Source of the DNA: Chiloscyllium plagiosum
Taxonomy: Eukaryota
Direction: 5' to 3'
Length of the DNA: 64,000 bases
NCBI RefSeq assembly: GCF_004010195.1
Contig: NC_057728.1
Span: forward strand, 47,349,305-47,413,304
Part shown: positions 41,187 through 54,499 of the stretch, piece by piece
Numbering within the stretch: the first letter of the stretch is position 1
How the letters are laid out: each line of letters starts with the position of its first letter
The notes under the pieces: generated by a model
Told to the model about the DNA's origin: nothing
What the model saw: only the letters and a program-made list of their open reading frames with translations
Databases searched by the model: none
Made by a program: the position numbers and the translations under genes

Positions 41187-43108
41187 AGTAGGAGTATACT
41201 CAAGAGGGAAATCAGGAGGGCAAAATGGGGACATGAGATACCTTTGGCAAATATAGAGTTAAGGAGAATCCAAAGGGTTTTTACCAACGGACAAAAGAGA
41301 GAATAGATCAGCAAGGCGCCCTTTGTGTGAAGCCACAGGAGATGGGGAGATACTACACAAATATCTTGCATCAGTATTTACTGTGGAATAGGATATAAAA
41401 AATATAGAATGTAGGGAAATAGATGGTGACATCTTAAAAAATGTCCATATTACAGAGGACCAAGTGCTGGATGTATTGAAACTCATAAGAGTGGATAAAT
41501 CACCAGCCACTGATCAGGTGTACCGCAGAACTCTGTGGAAACCTAGGGAAGTGATTGCTGGGCCCCTTGCTGAGATATTTGTGTCATTGATAGTCACAGG
41601 TGAGGTGCCGGAAGACTGGAGGTTGGTAAGAAAGGTGGTACGGAAAAGCCATTGAACTGTAGACCAGTGAGCCTGACGTTGGTGGTGGGCAAGTTGTTGG
41701 AGGGAATCCTGAGGGACAGGATATACATATATTTGGTAAGGTGAGGACAGATTAGGGATAGTCAACGTGGCTTTGTGCGTGGGAAATCATGTCTCACAAA
41801 CTTGATTGAGTTTTTTGAGGAAGTAACAAAGAGGATTGATGAGGGCAGAACAGTAGACGTGATCCATATGGACTTCAGTAAGGCATTAGATCTCATGGAA
41901 TACAGGGAGAAACTAGCCATTTGGTTAGAGAACTGGCTCAAAGGTGGAAGACAGAGGGTGGTGGTGGAGGGTTGTATTTCAGACTGGAGGCCTGTGGCCA
42001 GTGGTGTGCCACAAGGATTGGTGCTGGGTCCACTACTTTTCATCATTTATATAAATGATTTGGATGTGAGCATAACAGGTATAGTTAGTAATTTTGCAAA
42101 TGGCATCAAAATTGGGGGTGTAGTGGACAGCAAAGAAGGCTACCTCAGATTACAACAGGATCTTGATCAGATGGGCCAATGGGCTGAGGAGTGGGAGATG
42201 GAGTTTAATTTAGATAAATGTCAGGTACTGCATTTTGAAATAGCGAATCAGGACAGGACTTATACACTTAATGGAGTGTTGCTGAACAAAGAGAGTGCAG
42301 GATCATAGCTCCTTGAAAACGGAATCATAGGTAGACAGGATAGTGAAACGTGAGGAGCTGCATTTTTGGAAAGCAAACCTTAGCAGGACTTATACACTTA
42401 ATGGTAAGGTCCTAGGGAATGTTGCTGAGCAGAGACTTTGGAGTGCAGGTTTATAGCTCCTTGAAAGTAGAGTTGCAGGTAGATAGGATAGTGAGGAAGG
42501 CGTTTGGTATGCTTTCCTTTATTGGTCAGAGTATTGAGTATAGGAGTTGGGGGGGTCATGTTTTGGCTGTACATGACATTGGTTAGGCCACTTTTGGAAT
42601 ATTGCGTACAATTCTGATCTCCTTCCTACCAAAGGATATTGTGAAACTTGAAAGAGTTCAGAAAAGATTTACAAGGAAGTTGCCAGGGTTGGAGGATTTG
42701 AGCTATAGGCAGAGGTTGAATAGGCTGGGGCTGTTTTCCCTGGTGCGTTGGACACTGAGAGGTGACTTTATAGATGTCTATAAAATCATGAGGGACATGG
42801 GTAGGTTAAATCAACAAAGTATTTTCCTTGGGGTAGGGGAGTCCAGAACTAGGGGGCATAGGGGAAAGATATAAAAGAGACCTAAGGGGCAACCTTCTCA
42901 AGCAGAGGGTGATACATGTATGGAATGAGCTGCCAGAGGAAGTGGTGAAGGCTAGTACAATTGCAACATTATATGAATAGGAAGGGTTTGGAGGAATATG
43001 GTACGGGTGCTGGCAAGTGGGACTAGATTAGGTTGGATTATCTGGTTGGCATGGATGAGTTGGACCGAATGGTCTGTTTCTGTGCTGTACATCTCTCTGA
43101 CTCTATGA
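41187..43108 (+). mobile_element. CR1/HER1-type LINE, ~1.9 kb ORF2 remnant with an internal duplicated segment
   Basis: GKSCLTNLIEFFEEVT...DFSKA...[21 protein letters not shown] motifs; tail CTCTGACTCTATGA. Confidence 0.93.
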
Positions 43109-43754
43109 TAGCATGTTCCAAGTAATGTGTGTTTAATAACTGTCACAGATTGCACACAAATTTACACATAGCAACAGCAGAGGTCGCAAGACTACAATAA
43201 TCAAACCAGTAAAGGTACAATGGCATTTCTCCATACAACACCGACTATAACAAATTTTAAAATAAAGTACCTTTCTACTATATGAATTCCAACATGAAAT
43301 TTTAGGTTGGGGAAATTCTGAAGAATAATTATTTTCCACCTATTTGTTCAATGAAAAGTGTAAATTATCCCAGAGCAATTTTACTCAGCGCCCTCAAATC
43401 CAATAGAAATGATTAATATGCAACAAATTCTCGTATCAATCTATACTTAAACACAGATGCTGAAGTTCTGAACTAAAACAGAAATGACTGGAGGAACACA
43501 GCTGCTCTGACAGCTTCTGTGGAGAGAAAAGAGAATTAATGTTTTGAGTCCAGTGACCATTCTTATGAGGTCCTGCCACCCCTGCTGAGTTTCTCCAGCA
43601 ATTTCTGTTTCTCTTACTGACATATGTACCACAGCCACTGAATTGCTTTGGGTCCCAGAGGTTAAAAAGTAAAATTTACATGACCAGCCAGCTGGAATCA
43701 CTCATTTTTACTAATGTGACCACTGCAGAACAAGGTGTGAATTGCAACTCATAC

Positions 43755-43938
43755 CTTCTTCCTCTGTCCAGTTGTTGGCCAGTGGATTCAGAGAAATAAC
43801 GTTTGTGTTGACTCTTAATAGCTGAATCAGTTCATTAAAATCTTCTTTCGTGCTGCTGCAGTCCACAAATATCTCAACCTCCGAAGCTCTCCTCTTTGAT
43901 TTCCTGGACTCTATATGAACTAGGTTGATGTGTTTGTC
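43755..43938 (-). CDS. TPH2: TPH2 exon 3 ([27 protein letters not shown]...WTEEE)
   Basis: HIESRKS motif. Acceptor ttttatcAG, donor GTATGA; 184 nt. Confidence 0.96.
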
Positions 43939-44309
43939 CTGATAAAATAGAATTTAATTCAAAATTTGGAACATATACAGGGAGAGTCAAAATGAAGTGT
44001 TGGTTTGGCAAAAGTGGTGTTACAGTTGAGGCAAAATTATATTAGCTTCAATCGTAGTTCATGTTGTAATTTGAACACTGTCTTTATGTTGAACAAACAC
44101 TATGATTTATGTTTATCAGAGTTAACTAGCAAATATCAGGAAATCTGGCATACAGAGACGGAGTGTACTCCGAACAAAGATCATTAGCCTGAAGCTTTAA
44201 CTCTACAGATGCCACCAGACCTGTTGATTATTCCCAGAAATTTCTAATTTTATTTAAGATTTCCAGAAGTATTTTGCTTTCAAGTTTGGGTTTCTCAAAA
44301 GTGATCTAC

Positions 44310-44711
44310 AAACATTCAATCCCTCCATCACCGGTGCTCAGTAGTAGCAGTGTGTACAATCTACAAGATGCACTGCAGAAATTCATCAAAGGACCTGAGA
44401 CAGCACCTTCCAAACCCACAACCACTTCCACCTAGAAGGACAAGGGCAGCAGGTACTTAGAAACACCACCACCTGCAAGTTCCCCTCCAAGCCACTCACC
44501 ATCCTGACTTGGAAATATACCACCATTCCTTCACAGTCATTGGGTCAAAATCCTGGAATTCCCTCCCTACTGGCATTGTGGGTCAACCCACAGCAAATGG
44601 ATTGAAGTGATTCAAGAAGGCAGCTCACCACCATCTTCTTCACAGCAAATAGGGCTGAGCTATCAATGACCAGCCAGCGACACCCAAGTCTCACAAGTGA
44701 ATAATAAAAAA
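44310..44711 (+). mobile_element. Second LINE family 3' end with A-rich tail
   Basis: Multi-copy in the window; ends GTGAATAATAAAAAA. Confidence 0.75.
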
Positions 44712-44978
44712 GGGAATGGAGCTAAAGTGCAAAGTTATAGCACTACATGCCCGCTACAGAGAGGATGGTGGAATTTTAGCATGACATTTTCACAAACAGT
44801 TTCCAACGTGGACATAGGAATTTGTTGTTATGAGAATGTTAATAAAAATGAGAAGAAATATGATTTTGTAGATCAGGAGTCCATGCAAACATTATATTAT
44901 ATTATAGGTAAATGCAATTAGTTTTCAGGAGGTAAACATGATATCTTCAGTTGTTTCTCTGTACATTATAAATCTTAC

Positions 44979-45119
44979 CTGAAAGATTTGAAGGGCTTTC
45001 ACAAGTCCACCAACTTCATTTTTCATGGCAAACAGAATTGTTGTCCTGGTACTCTCATTCTTGCCATTTCCTTTGCTAACTTTCTTCTCATCATGTTTAT
45101 TGAACCACCCTTTATTTAC
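44979..45119 (-). CDS. TPH2: TPH2 exon 2 (VNKGWF...MKNEVGGLVKALQIFQ)
   Basis: ACT-domain motif KNEVGGLVKAL. Acceptor ttcttgcAG, donor GTAAGA; 141 nt. Confidence 0.95.
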
Positions 45120-45744
45120 CTGCAAGAAATGTTTCAAACAGTTTTCCTTTACAAAGTGGTTATCAAATCAGAAGAATGTGTTTAAGTAGTAATAATAACT
45201 GTGTATAACCGTGAAAATGAGAGGGCTGTACTGATGGTAATTTATTGAATCTGAAGGGGAGGCGGTCAGGCGCCCACATGCTGGAAATGGTCATTCCTTA
45301 GCACTTGTATAATGTGAATGATACTTTCCATTTATCAGGACAAGATTGGATGTTTTCCAAGTCTGGTTGATTGCAGTTTTGGACTGTCATTTTCAGAGAA
45401 ATTGCAATGGAACTGAAGTCTGTGCATTCTTTCAGTCCCAGTTCTGATCTTACCTGATTGAAGGACAATCATTGATAAAGCATTTGCAGATCAATGGGCT
45501 AAGGACACTGTCCTGAAGACATCCTGCAATGATGTCTGGAGTTTGAAATGATTGACCTGCAACAATCACAACCATCTTCTTTAAAGCTGGATCTATCCCC
45601 AGCCACTGGAATGTCTCCCCCACCTCTGCCTTCCCGCGCCTTCCCGCTCCCCCCCCCCCCCCCCCAACACCCCGCCACCATGCAGATTCCTGTTGATTTA
45701 TATTTTACGAACATTACTTGCTGCCATGCTCAGGGAAATCATGT

Positions 45745-46530
45745 ATCTATCTATCAGTTCTTTGAAGAGCTAGCGTGTGGTGTGGATAGAAGGGAACCAG
45801 CAGATGACTATACATAGATTCCCAGAAGGCATTTAATAAGATGCCATATCAAACATTATTGTGGAAAATAAGAGCTCATCATGTAAGGAGTAACATGTCA
45901 GTATAGACCAAAGATAGCTCGCAAACATGAAACAGAACAGGTTTAAATGGATCCTTCTCAGAATTGGTAGGATGTCATGAATCATGTGCTGCAGATCAAT
46001 GCTGGGTCTCGATTATTTACAATGTATATAAATAGCTTGGATAAAGGGACGGAAGATATGGTTTCTAAATTTGCTGATGCCATAAGGCTAGGTAGGAAAG
46101 AAAATTGTGAAGAGGAAACAAAGAATTACACAGAAATATATACATAGCTTAAATGAAGGGGCAAAGATCTGGCGAATGGAATAAAATAGGCGAAAATGTA
46201 AACTGTCCATTTTAGCACAAAAAGTTTAAAAAAAACCTATATTATCTAAATAATAAGAGTGCAGAGCTCTGAGATGCAGAGAGATCTGGGTATTCCAGTG
46301 CATGTATTTCAAAATGTTCACTCACCTAAGACAGATATTTCTATGACGCAAAAAGTAGTGGAAGCAGAGCCGTTGAATTGTTTTCAGGCAGAGATGAATG
46401 GATTCATGATAAGCAATGAGGTAAATGTTGAACTGAGGTTGGGTTGAAATATGGATCAGCCATGGTCTTAGAGAATAGCAGGGCATACTGAAGGGGCCAA
46501 ATAGCCTATTTTTGCTCCTAACTTATGTTT
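45745..46530 (+). mobile_element. Older, heavily decayed CR1-type LINE
   Basis: Degenerate FQKAF.K.P, SKFAD and QRDLG.V motifs. Confidence 0.7.
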
Positions 46531-47346
46531 GTATTCAGTCAAATGCTGTGTTGATCTCAAGGGCAGTTGCTCATATCTAATAGCTACAATTCAGCCCTAA
46601 GACATTTCTTGACTTTTAGTAGATTGAATTGGCTGAAGACTGACAAACTGATACGGGAACGCAAGGGAAACACAAATGATTAGGAAGGGTGTTGCATTCT
46701 AAAAATCTAAATTTGTAACTTTCTAAGTTTCTGATCATTTTTTAGTATTGCTCCTCCCACCCCCTATCTGGGATTTATTATGCGATGAGATAAGCCACAT
46801 TGTTCCAGCAGCATATCAAAAACCAGAGGTGAAATTCTGGTCCTGAAACTATCTGTACTGGTATTACACGACATGTAATCATCGATTTGAATTATGCAAC
46901 AAACCTTTGCATATTATAGATTTACTTTTCCTCCACTTTTACCTCCTTCAACAGGAAACCCCAGAGCTTGTCAGATACAATTATGTCCTGCGTGATATAG
47001 GAATTTACGTAATTTGTTTTCATCATGACAGGTCCTGAAATGAAATCATTAACTTTTTCAATTACGAACATTCCAAAGCATGCTCCGAAGTTCTCCTGTG
47101 TAGATCTGGAAATTAGTTTCATATTTCATAAGGGCCAGACTGAAAATCCTGGGCCTTAAACCTTCCTTTGTGTTTAACTGGGAATGTATTTTTTGCTCGC
47201 TACCTTGATAATCTGTCATAACAACCGTAAGTTTCTTTCCCACTGATGTGTAAAGCACTTTGTTTTTTCAACAAAGGGCATATCTCTAGGATTTGGGGCA
47301 AACATTCACAGTTCTAGTAATCTTTTACTTCAGTTCTTTCTGCCCT

Positions 47347-47690
47347 CCATAGAACATAGAACAGTACAGCCCGCAATGTTTTGCTGAACATGACGCTAAA
47401 TTGAACTAATCTCTTCTGCCTGTCCTTGGTCCATATCCCTCCATTCCTTGCATATTCATGTGCATATCTAAAAACCCCTATTGTATTTGCCTTCACCATC
47501 ACACCTGGCAGCAGTGTTTCAGACTCCTACCACTTTCTGTGTAAAAAAACCATCCCCTCACATCTCTTTTGAATTTTTCCCTTCTCGCTATAAATGCATT
47601 CCCCTGTTACTGCACATTTCAATTCTGGGAAAAAGATTCTGACCATCAACCCTATCTATGTACTTCATAATTTTATAGACTTCTGTCAAG
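47347..47690 (-). mobile_element. CR1-type LINE 3' fragment
   Basis: Reverse complement of the CR1 3' end with a (TTCTATG)n tail. Confidence 0.8.
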
Positions 47691-48148
47691 TCCCTAATTG
47701 TGGCTTTGCTTTTGATTGGGGTATAACTGTAAGCTGTGTTTTACTGCATTTTACTCCATCTACATTTCCTTTCCCATCAGTTTAGTTTCAAACGACTTAT
47801 TGCATTTTTAATGATTTCAATTTCTCCTGCTTTTGACTACCATCTCAATTGTAACGACAAGAATATACTGAAGCTTTGCTGACTGTCAAATCTGGTCAGA
47901 GATTGTTTTCTTCAAGCAAGCATTGTTCCTACAGTACTGTAGCAAATACTGTAAAACTGTATTCTTACCTTTTGCATTCTTTTGTAAAATTTCTCAAAAA
48001 ATATTTTTGCCATGTCACAAAATCACTTTCAAGTTTTTTTCCACCATCATTTCTTTATATCCCTTTGCAGTATCCAGTAATATATGCTTAAGGACACTTA
48101 GTAAAATAATATTTACCAACATAAAGAGTATTTATTTGGTAATTAATA

Positions 48149-48296
48149 TTTTAGGAAGTCGCATATGTTTTATGGGGTCAGTTTGAATAACATGTGTGAT
48201 GAAGTACAATTGCTTTGTTGATCAGACAAAAGCAATGTTTTTTTACTGATGGACCAAACGTCCCCATAAAACATGTAACACAATGACTTCCTAAAA
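48149..48296. repeat. Imperfect ~150-bp palindrome in TPH2 intron 1
   Basis: TTTTAGGAAGTC/GACTTCCTAAAA, ATGTTTTATGGGG/CCCCATAAAACAT and inner ATTGCTTTG/CAAAAGCAAT pair in nested order. Confidence 0.8.
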
Positions 48297-48605
48297 GATT
48301 TACGTGAATGCACATTCTTCTTTTTAATTAAAATTACCATCACTGTAATTTACAATATAAAATGGCTGATCAATTCACCACTGACATCACAAAGTGTCAT
48401 TTCCCAGACTCAGTTATTCTGCTAATTGAAAAGGCCAAACAAGAAAAATCATATGTATCTACCATCACTTCGGATTATTAAGTCATTTCCCAACCTGAGT
48501 TACACTGTGCAATACTTAATCGTTATTCCTTTAATTGACTTATTTCTCTAAATTGTGTGAGGCTTTTATTGCTAATAATTTTCCAGGATTAAAGACAGGA
48601 TTCTT

Positions 48606-49303
48606 GGCAGTGTGGAGGAATCGAGGGATCTTCGGGTCCAAATTGTTAGATCCCTCAAAGTTGCCACCCAGGATGATAGGGTTGTTAAGAAGGCATATGG
48701 TGTGTTGGCTATCATTAGCAGGTGGATTGAGTTCAACAGCTGTGAGGTTATGCTGCACCTCTATAGAGCCCTGGTTAGACCACACTTAGAATATTGTGTT
48801 CAGGGGTTCTAGTTGCCTCATTATAGGAAAGATTTCAAAGCTTTAGAGAGGGTGAAAAGGACATTTACCTGGACTGGAGGGCATGACTTATAAAGAAAGG
48901 TTGAGGGAGCTTTCTCATTGGAGCGAAGAAGGATGAGAGGTGACTTGATAGAGGTGTGCAAGATGTTGAGACAATTAGATAGAGTGGATAGCCAAAGAGT
49001 TTTTCCCAAGGTGAACTGTCTATCACAAGGGGCAAAATTTTAAGGTAATTGGACAAAGGTTTAGAGGATATGTCAGAGGCAGGTTCTTTACACAGAGAGT
49101 GGTGGGTGCGTGGAATGCACTGCCAGCAGTGGCAGTAGAGTCAGATACATTAGGGACATTTAAGCGACTCTTGGATAGGCACACAGAAGTTAGTACAGTG
49201 AAGGATATGTAAGTTAGTCTGATCTTACAGTAGAATAAAAGGCTGGTACAACATCGAGGGCCAAAGGGTCTGTATTATGATGTGCTGTTCCATATTCTAT
49301 GAT
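48606..49303 (+). mobile_element. CR1-type LINE 3' fragment (different subfamily)
   Basis: LYRALVRPHLEYCVQ motif and CR1 3' end. Confidence 0.88.
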
Positions 49304-49772
49304 TACTACATTATAGAAGTCTTCATGCCCTATATACTATAACAGCTTTCACTGAAAAATAAAGAGTTAACCAAATTGAATTTATCTTCATTGTATAAAA
49401 TTATTAATTTGTGTTTAATTAAGGAATACTATATGACACTGTCGAGCAATTTTTAATCTCTTATGAAATAGCATAAAGAGTAATGCACAGCACATTTCTT
49501 ACAATGCTGACAGTTGATTTTTTTCATGATGTTCATTGAATGTATTCCAGTTTACAGCAAACTCAGTATCCCAACAAAGATTGACATGTCTGCCTTCAGT
49601 TTTGATCAGAGTTATCCTGGCTTTGAGCTTTAGCTGCAATTATTTTATTTTGGACAGGGCATTCAGTGCAACAGGACAAGTCTTTTTTTTAGGAGTTTAG
49701 GAGTAGGAGTTGGTAATGCTGCTGCCACTGAGCTAAAAGACCCAAAGTACAACTCCCATTTCAGGACTTACT

Positions 49773-50116
49773 AGATTATAGAATCTCTATGTGAAAATAG
49801 GCCCTTCAGCCCAACCGACCCTCCGAAGACCAAAACCAACCCACCCAGACCCATTCCCCTACCCCATTATCCTATATTTACCACTGACCAGTGCACCTAA
49901 CTTACACATCTCTGAACACTATGAGCAGTTTAGCATGACCAATTCGGCTAACCTGCACATCATTGGATTGTGGAAGGAAACCAGAGCACCGGAGGAAACC
50001 CATGCAGACATGGGGAGAATGTGCAAACTCCACACAGATAGTCGCCTGAGACTGGAATTGCACCCAGGCCCCTGGTGCTATGAGACAGCAGTGCTAACCA
50101 CTGAGACACCGTGCCA
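49773..50116 (-). mobile_element. HE1-type SINE, near full length
   Basis: Head, V-domain and tail all present. Confidence 0.9.
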
Positions 50117-53100
50117 TCCAAAGAAAATTCCAGCAATTGGTACAAGAAAGCCAGTGTGCATCAGTATCAATCCCCAACCCAGAAACATGGGAAGAGTTAA
50201 CAGTAGAATGGACACCTGGCTATAAAACTAAAGTACAAATGAAATACAGTACTTAATATTAAAGGATGATCAACTGGCATTGTGCTGGGAAAAGCAGAGG
50301 GACCTCAATAGGTGCCTTCAGTCAGTTTAGCTGTAGTAATTATGATATTATGCATATACAATGACCTAAGCACTGTACAGCAATTTTACTCATATACGGG
50401 AATGAGAAACTAAATTCATAGCCAGATAAATATAAACAGCTTGAGGCAAATTCAGCTTATGACTGGGCACTCCACCTGAAGTCAGTTGATTAATTTATAT
50501 TGTGAAATCAATGTATGTTGCTTTATATCCATATCTAACATAATACTGGACTTACGTTGCAACATTTTCACAAGGTAAGTATAGAGAAAATATCAAGCAA
50601 AATTGTTACGAAAGACTGAAATAAGGAAGATACCGCTGACTAATGAAAATATTCTTAATTTTTAAAAAATGTTTAAAATAAAAGCAAATCTACAAATATT
50701 TTGCCAAATTAGCGGAATAACAATTCTTGTAAAATATTTATAAACATGAATTTGAGGAAAGTGCATATTATTGGCTTCAAACTCCACTAGCAACTCAAAT
50801 TTCAAAATACCAGTATTGTATGATTTTATTACCAGTATAGAGAGCAAATTAATTCTGGACTCGACAATGAGAATTGAAAGAATATTTGATTGAAGTCTAC
50901 TGTAACTGGTGAACATTGTTTTTAATTAATTTTCTCTTGTATAGTTTACAAGTTTAACCCGCTACGTGATTTCACTGCAGTGACAAAAGCCATAACTGAG
51001 TCTTCAATTGGAATAACTATATAATCATAAAGTCAGAAGTCACACAGCACCAGGTTATCGTCCAACAAATGTATTCAAAATCAAAAGCTTTCAGAGTGCT
51101 GCTCCTTCATCAGGACTATAACCTGATGTTGTGTGACTTTTGGCTTTTGTCCATCCAATTCGAACACCAGCATCTCCGCATCATATATGATCACAAAGTA
51201 TTGTCCATCTTTAAAATTCCTCAATATAAGCAAATATAATGTAGTTATCATCCATTCTGTCTGCAACTCAGAGATGTCAGAATAAAATTTAATATGAGGT
51301 GAACATTTTTACCTCCTACAGTCTGGTTAATTATTAATAATTTTACTCAATATTAGATAATTGTTTATAAAAACTTTTTTTAAAAAACAATCTTATATCA
51401 GTTCGTAAACTGCATAATACTTGAAAGACCTGCTGTACTGGAAAAGATTTGGTCAGTATTCCAGAGAGAATGTGTTGTGAATGTAATTTTTTTTTAAAAA
51501 TTTGGATATCTAATGTTATCATCGGGTGAGCTGACTGTGAAGCTATCAAATTGAAATTAAAAACCCAGTTGATTCACTAATGTCCTTAGGGAAAGAAGGC
51601 TGCTTTCCTTACCCAGTCTGGTATACATGTGACTCCAGTCCCACATAAACATGGTTGACTCAACTGTTCTGCTAAGTAGCCTAGTAAGTTACTCAGGTGC
51701 CCAACAACCACCTTCTCAGGGAAACACATGCTGGCTTTGGAGGGATGCCAAATCTGAGGATAATAAAAAAAGGAAAGGAAATATCGGAAGTATATGAAAC
51801 TTCACAATAAAAACATGTGGCCACTAATTCTTAAGATACATTTATTTATGGAATTCACAGGAAAGTCTTTTACTGTGTGGCAGACATAATGACTTCAACT
51901 TGATAAAGCTATTATTCAAACCCAAGAAACTCACAATCTTCAAATAGAGCATTAAACAGGTTTGGCTCAAGAATTTGGTATTTGAAACAATATAACAAAA
52001 GTAAATCTACAAAGTAAATATGTGTGCTTTATTTATTACCCAATACAACAGTTCTCAATGTGACAAAAAAAAGCTATGAAAATCGTATCAGCTGTAACAT
52101 GTATAATGGAGCATTACTGACCCATGTGAAACTTGTGATTAGTTAAAAACTGCTGCTCTCCCTTCCTCACTATTATCTTCCATGGACTAATCTGACCTCC
52201 CTCAGCCTCAGCATCTCTTTTGTCAAACTATACCAGGGAATCTACCTTAAAGTGTTTGTTAATTTCAAGTAAGTATTCAATCCATATTAGAACTTGAGCT
52301 ATCTATATTCACTTGAATATTACTCCTCAATTAGCTTCATTGCATCCCAAATTAAATCAACTTTCTTGAGTATACACTTTCCCCGTTGTTTATCTGAATT
52401 TCTCCATCAGCAAAAACACTTACAGACTGTATTCTAAATATGTATATCCTGGTACATAGAGCGGGTTGATTCACACAAATTCTGTGATCCAATGAAGCAT
52501 TAGGAGCCAGAAAAGACTGAATATTTCTTAGTTCCAGCAAGTATACTACAAAACCCTAGATCTACCACGACTAGTTTAGCCAAGTGTAAATTGGGTGCCT
52601 TTTTTATGGAACTTCATACAAATATTATCAAGATATGTATAATAAATGCTAGAGATGCATGCATCTCTGGAACAATTAAAAAACCTGCTCTTTGACATTT
52701 ATCTTGAAGTGGATTATTGAACTATAGCTGTTGGAAGAGTTTTTAAGGATTGTTAAGTAAGAAAAGGCTAAGAAACCAAAACCAACTAATAGCAACAATC
52801 TGCTCTAAATCAGGAGACTTACTGAACTCCTGTGTAAATATAATAACAGGTAATCAGTTATGAAAAGTAGTTAAAATTAAATACCTGGTGTTCAACTCGT
52901 TATAAGAACCTTACAACATACAAATGGCCAAAGTGGCTCAACAAGTCCATGTTGCTGTTCACCCTCTGTCAGCAAATCAGACTGAGCAACTCTGTGCTCA
53001 ATTGCCTTCAAAACCCTTTCTCCCTCATCCATCCATCCATCCATCCCATTTCATGTTGATCACTGATATCATTTGTGCCTCAGTCACCAGTCCTGATTGT

Positions 53101-53253
53101 GGATTTCGCCTTGAAAGTCAAATCCATGTTAAATGGCCTCTCATGTCTTCTGTTCTAAGTTTTAAAAAAAACATCCTGCATCTATTCCTCCCACACCATC
53201 AATTCTCTCAAGACCAAAGCACACTGCAGCTGTGAACACACCTGGTCGCTTAC

Positions 53254-53331
53254 ACGTTGCTGCCTCGGCAAACCTGAGTCCAGCGACATTCCTCGTTTTG
53301 CCCGGTATTTATTTCCAATCATCATCATCAT
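53254..53331 (-). CDS. TPH2: TPH2 exon 1 (MMMMIGNKYRAKRGMSLDSGLPRQQR)
   Basis: Matches the TPH2-specific N-terminal extension (human MMMFSSKYWARRGFSLDS), including the PKA-site serine (S19 equivalent). Donor GTAAGC; 78 nt, phase 0. Not in the ORF track. Confidence 0.93.
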
Positions 53332-53440
53332 CTTGGCACGTTTTTAAGGGCAAGGTTTTGGAGGACTGGAAGGGTAGGAGAGTGTTCTTCACTGGGACGG
53401 CGAGTCAGCCTGGGTAATAGCCTGAGGCTGCTAAGGGATC

Positions 53441-53469
53441 TTTAAATACCCTGTCGAGCTGAAGGGCGG
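53441..53469 (-). promoter_or_regulatory. Candidate TPH2 core promoter (TATTTAAA box plus GC box)
   Basis: TATTTAAA at 53448-53441, ~110 nt upstream of the ATG. GGGCGG at 53464-53469, CCAAT at 53616-53620, local CpG enrichment. Confidence 0.55.
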
Positions 53470-54499
53470 AGCATGCTAATTTACTAAACCGCACTCTTGG
53501 GCTCCTTCAGGCATGGGCTGTACTGTTTAATTCTGGATCAGTGGTGCTGGAAGAGCACAGCAGTTCAGGCAGCATCCAACAAGCAGCGAACTTCGGAAAA
53601 GTCCTCTCCACCTCACCAATGGCAATGAACTCCAGCTGTAAGATTACTGATTTACATTTCAGCCTCTGGTTTACATCGCAATGTTGAGAGCCAGGTGATA
53701 ACAAAAGGGTTTTTACACAACCGATTAGAGCAGGGTGCACTGAAATATCCGCGCGTTGATGCATCCGATCTGATATTATTTCATGAAATCGGATTAATGT
53801 TACAGTAAAAATGCATTTATCATTTTCTTTGTACAGAGAGCATTTAAACAGTTAAAATACTAAATCGCTCTTCTTATTGGTGGCCAAAGATTTCAATATA
53901 GAGGGGGGTTTCTGACCCTTAGCAAATAACGTTATATGTTTGTAATGTGCTCAACAGTTATCTCTCTCCGTTCCCTGGTTCTCCCCAGCTTTTAAGTGGC
54001 TTCCAAATCCCTGGTTTGATGATGAATCGCAGTTTGAATGTTTGAAAAAAAATACTTTCAATGCCACCAAAGTCAGTGAAATTTAAGATCTGTCAATTAA
54101 ATGCACAAAACACTATCTCCTTGTGAGAGTCCTCAACAATAAGTGTATCAGGGAGAGGCCCCTGTTTTCTCTCCCTCTCATTCAATATGCACTTGTCTTA
54201 AATAAACTGGTTTATTGATTTCATTGCTCCCCTTCATACCAAGATTTCCCCAATACTTTTTCTCCATGCCCATTATCTTCTAGCTTCTGTGACAAAGATG
54301 GAATTCCCATCAGAGGATTGAACACAGAATATCAGACGGGGGGAAGTAATGAGCATATATCATCTGACGACTAATACTGAGAATATACAATACATTAATT
54401 AAAAATAAAATACTGCAAATGTTGGAGATCTGAAATAAAACCAGAAAGTGCTGAAGGAACTCAGCCGATCTGGCAACACTGGCCGAGAGAGAGAACCCT

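Noticed and set aside
41775..42308. 177-aa RT-like ORF as an active LINE or host gene
   Set aside because: The catalytic ADD is mutated (FANG), with deletions and frameshifts; a dead CR1 copy.
46780..47260. CpG-retaining unique stretch with two short overlapping ORFs in TPH2 intron 1
   Set aside because: No recognisable protein motif or splice structure; could be an old transposon or conserved element but cannot be supported without a search.
49960..50116. tRNA-like A/B boxes as tRNA genes (also at other SINE heads)
   Set aside because: They continue into the SINE body and lack a complete cloverleaf.
53540..53550. CAGCACC (REST/RE1 left half-site) near the TPH2 promoter
   Set aside because: Part of a common repeat arm, with no GGACAG right half-site nearby.
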